Below are positions 57,716 through 64,000 of a DNA stretch of 64,000 bases, in pieces. The translations under genes and the position numbers were made by a program. How positions within the stretch are numbered: the first letter of the stretch is position 1; each line of letters begins with the position of its first letter. Origin of the DNA: Eledone cirrhosa (lineage: Eukaryota); assembly GCA_964016885.1 (NCBI GenBank), contig OZ024743.1:75082001-75146000 (forward strand), in the 5' to 3' direction. The notes under the pieces are model-generated. The model was given only the letters and a program-made list of their open reading frames with translations, did not search any database and was not told the origin of the DNA.

Positions 57716-58090
57716 CCACTTATATTTTCTTCCATAATATAATAGTTGTAGGAACGGATCAAATGCTATGAGGATCTATTCCTTCAGTGAAACCGTTATT
57801 AAACCTGAATTTATAATGGGTGATGTTAAGATATTTTAGAATATATTTTAGAATATATTTAGAATATATATTTCCATACATAATATTTTTTAAAGATTAT
57901 TACTTAATTAGAAGATAGCAGCCATGGCCATTTTCAGGCCCCACAAAACTGATGAAAGGGAAGGGGAAAGTATTCTCAAATCTAAGACCTGGCTAGAATG
58001 TTTGCAACAGAGTGAGCTCTGCTAAATTCATTGAAGAGACGTGTGTCTGTGTTATAACAACGGATTAAATCTACCTAAGTATGAAATGAG

Positions 58091-58335
58091 TGAAGGCGCA
58101 TGGGTAGTGGTTAGAGCATTGGGCTTGCAATCGAAAGGTTGTGAGTTCAATTCTCGGACCGGGTGATCTGTTGTTTCCTTGAGCAAGACACTTTATTTTA
58201 CGTTTCTCCAGTTTACTCAGCTGTAGAAATGAGATTATAGGACTGGGGTCCCTATCATTAAATTACCCAAGACACCTCCAACGAGATATACCTTGGAGGA
58301 GGCCAGCTAAACCTGCATTGGTGTGGGCTATCACA
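58091..58335 (+). mobile_element. SINE family A, tail type 2
   Basis: Flanked by AAGTATGAAATGAG duplication; matches 6283-6535. Confidence 0.8.
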
Positions 58336-58449
58336 CACACATACACAAGTATGAAATGAGAACATAAAGAACTAGAAGGAATAGTCCAAAGTATCTCTAT
58401 CGAAATTCTACCAATTTCCCCAATCCGCTTCCAACCAGAACGGAAGACA

Positions 58450-59100
58450 AGCAAAGGTCACTTTTCTGCGTTTTGAATGCAGTTGTAAATCGGGGGCTGC
58501 AGGAAATCATTTATGAAGTAGGCATTCCAGGAAGCTGACGTTCTCGATAGGAAGGAATTAGTGGAGGGGTTTAAATGGAAAAGGGACACGACTTGGGTGA
58601 TGAGAGAAGGGGAGATTAGTAAGTCCGGATTTCCTGAATTAAGGAGACACGATAGCGCAAAGCCTATGGAGCAGAAACCCCAGTAGTAGTGGTAGAAAGA
58701 GCAGTAAAAGAGAGAGAGCACGTCTGTTAGGAAAAGATTAAAGTATGTTGGGCAGTGAGTTCATGCGAATCAATCGAGTGGCAATTATTTGAAGGTAGTC
58801 TTCTATTTCTGTGTATGTAACAGCTACACCGTCTCATATATGGGTACAGTACTTCGTTGTTAGTGGCAACTAATCTTTACTGAGAGTTAGCAATTGTGAA
58901 GTAGTATGGAGCACTAAAAGCTTGAATAGTCACTTCTCAGAGAGGCCAAGTAATGATTCCTCTTGCGGCAATGCGGGGAAATTAAGATTGAAAATAGTAA
59001 TGAGCTGTAGGAAGGAAAGGGTAAAAAAAAAAGCTCCAATCTAAATACAACGAAGGTGAAAAACCTCTCAGAAAGGCGGCTGTTTGCTCGTATTACGTAA
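58450..59100 (-). pseudogene. Decayed CR1/Jockey-like LINE 3' end
   Basis: LSLFY...YYWGFCS...NSFLSRTSASWN resembles LINE ORF2 C-termini. Confidence 0.5.
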
Positions 59101-59910
59101 ATTTCACATTTATCTAGCGTGGGCTTATGGAATTGCTGAAAAAATAAATTGTGCTATTTTGGTGAGATAAAAATGTCTGTTCTCTCTTTAAACACCAAAA
59201 ATATAGAATGTTGGTGATGCCACACCATAAGTATATCAACAGCCAATAGAGTGCACTCCCAGAGAATGTAGAGAATTTCGTGGTTTGTTTAGTCCCAAAG
59301 ATGCTCATGTCTGTCTTTGGAAATTGCAAGGATGAGAGAACCGATTATTGAAATATGACTCCAGTTTAGAATCGGAAGATGTCAATAACTGTCTGGAGAG
59401 TCTTCATGAGATTATCAGACATAGAACTGTTCAGAACAACTTCTACTACATGGATTATACAATATAGCTGTAGGGGAACAGATTATGTATGTTGGGTGCT
59501 TTAAAGCATTCATCTGGTTGTTATTAATAACTGGTTTCAGTTTTGTGGAATCTGATTTCGGGCCGGTTTTCGGGGATTTTGCGTAGATATTCCATTCTGG
59601 TCAATATTAGTGCTATCTATAAAAGGGTTAGATATATATTGTTGTTATGAATCTCTAACCTAATCTGCCTTAATAGCACAGCCATCACCCAAGACAACCA
59701 TAGTACAGTGGTAACAATCAATATCAACACAACTACTAACACTACACCGGGACTAAATAATACTAACATTACTCTATAAACTAGGAATTCAAACCAAAGA
59801 ACGACTGAACTTCTTATACAGTCAATAAATCTTCTAGAAACAGTTGTCAGAATGTCTTTAAATCACATTTTACCATCTTAAAAATGCAGTCCTTGCTGTA
59901 ATATACCTAA

Positions 59911-60095
59911 ATAATTGTTTCTACTTTTTGCACAAGGCCAGCAATTATCCCAGTGCATTACTGGTACTTTATTTTATCGACCCCTAAGGATGAAAGGTAA
60001 AGTTAACTTCGGCGGGATTTAAACTCAGACCGTAAAAGGTCGTAACTCTATACCGCAAACCATGTTGTCCGGCGCTCTACCGATACCGCCTATCC
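59911..60095 (-). mobile_element. SINE family B
   Basis: Full-length match. Confidence 0.8.
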
Positions 60096-60283
60096 AACAC
60101 CACCCCTAGTATATCTAAATAAAGATATTGTACATAAATGGAACACATTTAATGGTAAGTCTATCCAGTCTGGGTTAAGTTTGATCTGAACAACAAAAAT
60201 GAAATAGTTTTATACAATTGGTTAATCTGCTAAGTTCTGTAGAGATCTGGTTGTGTTTAATATAGAAATATATAAACATAAGA

Positions 60284-60676
<393 letters not shown>

Positions 60677-60679
60677 GTA

Positions 60680-60889
60680 TATATAACGAAGGAAGTGTGG
60701 TAAGGAACCAGATGGACCATAACGCACCAGAGTACTCGATACTTTGGGTAGTAGAGTGGGTAATAGGAAAAGAGTCAGAACCCCGAGCTCAAGCCGTTTC
60801 GACAGCAATTTCTGGACGCAGAAATATTTCTAGCCCAAAAATAGCTGTCGAAACGGCTTGAGCTCTGCCGTCGGGGTTCTGACTCTTTT

Positions 60890-60892
<3 letters not shown>
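60680..60892. mobile_element. Foldback fragment of the PLE family at 45680-45875
   Basis: 60680-60815 is the reverse complement of ~45733-45875; 60836-60892 is the same sequence forward (3' half of the hammerhead). Confidence 0.7.
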
Positions 60893-60947
<55 letters not shown>

Positions 60948-61100
60948 GAAGATCCAGTTAAGTGTGAAAGCAGCGATTCTTTGCTTAAACTTTAATCTGT
61001 TATTTTAATAAATATTTGCTCTACGGTTCTTATATATTTGATATATATTTATTCTTATCGAGCCCTCTTGGGATTTTAGTCTTCAAATTTATTATTATTA

Positions 61101-61242
<142 letters not shown>

Positions 61243-61835
61243 ATAATAATAAATTCTGTTGATTGGTTAATTATTTGTGTTTGTTTAATAACAATTATTT
61301 GTGGTTGTTTAATAACATCTGGTTGAGACCTTATTCTGAATGTTAGCGGAAATTATAATATTTCCTTTGTCTAACACTTTGAATGACCCGCCAAAAAACC
61401 GGGGGTTATTTCCCTTGTTGGAAATAGCACGTGACAACTAAATGTTCGAATCGCTGCTGCTAGCAACACCATTTAGTGTTTCGCCCCGTTCTTTGGTAGA
61501 ACGAAATTCCTGTTGATGAAATGAGTCCTCTGTTCGATCATGAATACCACGAGCTTGCCAGTTACGTAAGTCTGATATTTGATTTCGGATTCATAGAAAC
61601 ACTTTAAACGTATAACGTTTGATTTGTCAAGGTGTATTTTTTCAACCTGTTAGTTCTTTCGTTACTTTGGTATTGTGTGTTAGATTTGGCCTACCACAAT
61701 GTTCAATTTGTCAAGCTATTTAAATGTATGTTATTACTCTAAGGACCTACCCTTGTCGAGTGCTTTGCTAACTCATTTACATCGTAGGTCGAATTTGCTT
61801 GCACACCGCCAAAGATTCGATTTTACTAAGCCTCC

Positions 61836-61913
<78 letters not shown>

Positions 61914-62479
61914 ACTAGAAATTGATTGACATATAAATAAACATATGAAACAATCACAGGGGATAATTTGTAAAAGTGTGTAAGCACACATAGCTAGGTA
62001 GGTAACTAAATAAAGTTTAACTAGAACTTCAAAAATTATTAATCTTCCTCGTATATATTCCATTAAAGAAATATATTTCACCAATTAATCGATTGGTAAA
62101 CGACAGTAGCCAGGTCCTGGATTTTCATCAAGGAAGAGGTCCAACCATCTGTGTTTACGCATCAAGTTCAAATCACCGACTGGCCAGTAACACGTGCTGT
62201 ATCCACTAAAAATACACACATCATACCAGCTTCATCCCAGTGGCGTGAATAGGGTTATTGACAACTAGAAACAGCAGTCAAGTCCTTTCAACTGAGTTAG
62301 CGGTGGTGGTGGCGGCGGTGGTTGGTGGTGGTGTTGGTGGTGCCCGTGCTGGTGACGATGATGACGATGATGATGATGATGATAACGACGAAGGTGGTGG
62401 TGGTAGTGGTGACAGTGGTGGTAGTAGTGGTGACAATGGTGACAGTGGTGACAGTGGTGACATTGTGTAGATGATAGTT

Positions 62480-63097
62480 AATAATGGTTTCTGATTTAGG
62501 CACAAGGCCCACAATTTGGGGGTAGGGGGAAAGTCAATTAAATTGACTCCAGTGTATTACTGGTACTTTATTTTATCGACCCCGTGAGAATGAAAGGCAA
62601 AGGTAACCTTGGCGGGATTTGAACTCAGAACGTAAAGAACCGTAACTCTATGCTACGAAGCACGTTGTTCGATACTCTACCGATACTGGCAATCCACTGC
62701 CCTTAGATGATAGTTAATAATTGTTTCTACCTTTGGCACAAGGCCAGCAATTATCCCAGTGTATTACTGGTACTTTACTTTATCGACCCCGTATGGATGA
62801 ACGGCAAAGTTAACCTCGGTGGGATTTGAACTCAGACCATAAAGGGCCGTAACTCTTTGCTGCAAAGCATGGCGTCCGACCCTCTACCGATACTGCCAAT
62901 CTACCGCCCTTTGATAGTTAATAATTGTTTCTACTTTAGACACAAGGTCAGCAATTAACCAGTACATTACTGGTACTTTATTTTATCGACCCCGTAAGGA
63001 TGAAAGGCAAAGTTAACCTCGGCGGGATTTGAACTCAGGCTGTAAAGGGACGTAACTATGCTAGAAAGCATGGCGTCCAACCCTCTACCGATACTGA
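62480..63097 (-). mobile_element. Three tandem SINE family B copies
   Basis: 62480-62702, 62715-62909 and 62918-63097, each abutting TGATAGTTAATAAT. Confidence 0.85.
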
Positions 63098-64000
63098 ATA
63101 ATACCAAATAATATTAATGTTTGTGTGATGATGTGTAAGAAATGTTGAAGAAACATTAGGGACAAGCTTTCCCTGCACAGTTCCAATGTTGCTACAGATT
63201 AATTTAAACTCATTACCCTGAGTGTCTTTCATTGTTTCTGCATCTCCAATATCGAGCGAGTTTACTTCCGACAGATTCTTCGCTAGTTGTCAGTTTGAAT
63301 TAGAAACTTACACATTGATCTTGTCCATTAGGCCTGTCCTCCTCCTCCTTCAATTGGCTTTGCTCTTATATAAAGAATTAGTTTAGTTCTGTTTCGTGAA
63401 TGTTTTGTTGTTTGTTAACCAAGTAACGTTTAAGACTTCGCAATGTCGGACACCTGTAGTGTGTACAATAGACATAGGCAATTAAATTCTAAAGGATACT
63501 AGTTGGAACTTCGTAATTATTTCTTAGCTAATTTTAGTTATTGGGATTATATTATTTAACTGTTAGGATATTATATATTTATCTTTTACTAATATATTTG
63601 TGATAGATGACCGTGTGATATCTCTATATAACAAATTGTTTCATTTGTTGTTACATAAAGCAAAATGTTGGTTATCCTTCGATAATTAATATAAATTTAA
63701 TTTTCTGCTACCAACCAACATTATATCTTGTCTTTATATAATGCGTAATAGAAAATCACATAGGATTAGAGCCTATGACTGATTTTTAAATAAGTAACAA
63801 GACTCAGATTTGATGTAACTAGCAGTTTAGTTCATGTTTATGGTGATTCAAAATTAAGAACAGAAGCTATATAGAAGTTTCTACACATATTCTGGAAGTC
63901 TTAAGATGGTAGTAAATGTATGGATATTTCCATAATTAATATACACCTCATCTTTCACTAAGTGTTCATTAATTAAACAGTTTTATGCTTAGTGAAATAA

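Overview
AT-rich eukaryotic DNA saturated with repeats. The SINE families suggest an octopod cephalopod (inference, not database-checked). I cannot support any host protein-coding gene: nearly all ORF-track entries are microsatellite translations or decayed retroelement fragments. The window contains: (TA)n/(CA)n/(GA)n/triplet microsatellites; five minisatellite arrays; more than 25 tRNA-derived SINE copies from two families; a 5'-truncated CRE-clade non-LTR retrotransposon (RT plus restriction-like endonuclease) with six shorter 3' fragments; RTE- and CR1-like LINE remnants; a hAT-type MITE; a Helitron whose empty target site is also in the window; and several Penelope-like (PLE) GIY-YIG/RT remnants. 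The most striking signal is about 18 hammerhead ribozyme motifs from about 10 sequence families, mostly in (TA)n-flanked islands. Several islands are non-coding, longer than one unit, circularly permuted and arranged as inverted dimers (retrozyme/circular-RNA-like). The hammerheads include U3-A8 core variants that covary with C3-G8 relatives, and forms with long branched stem II insertions. All folds and coordinates were read by eye, so boundaries are approximate.
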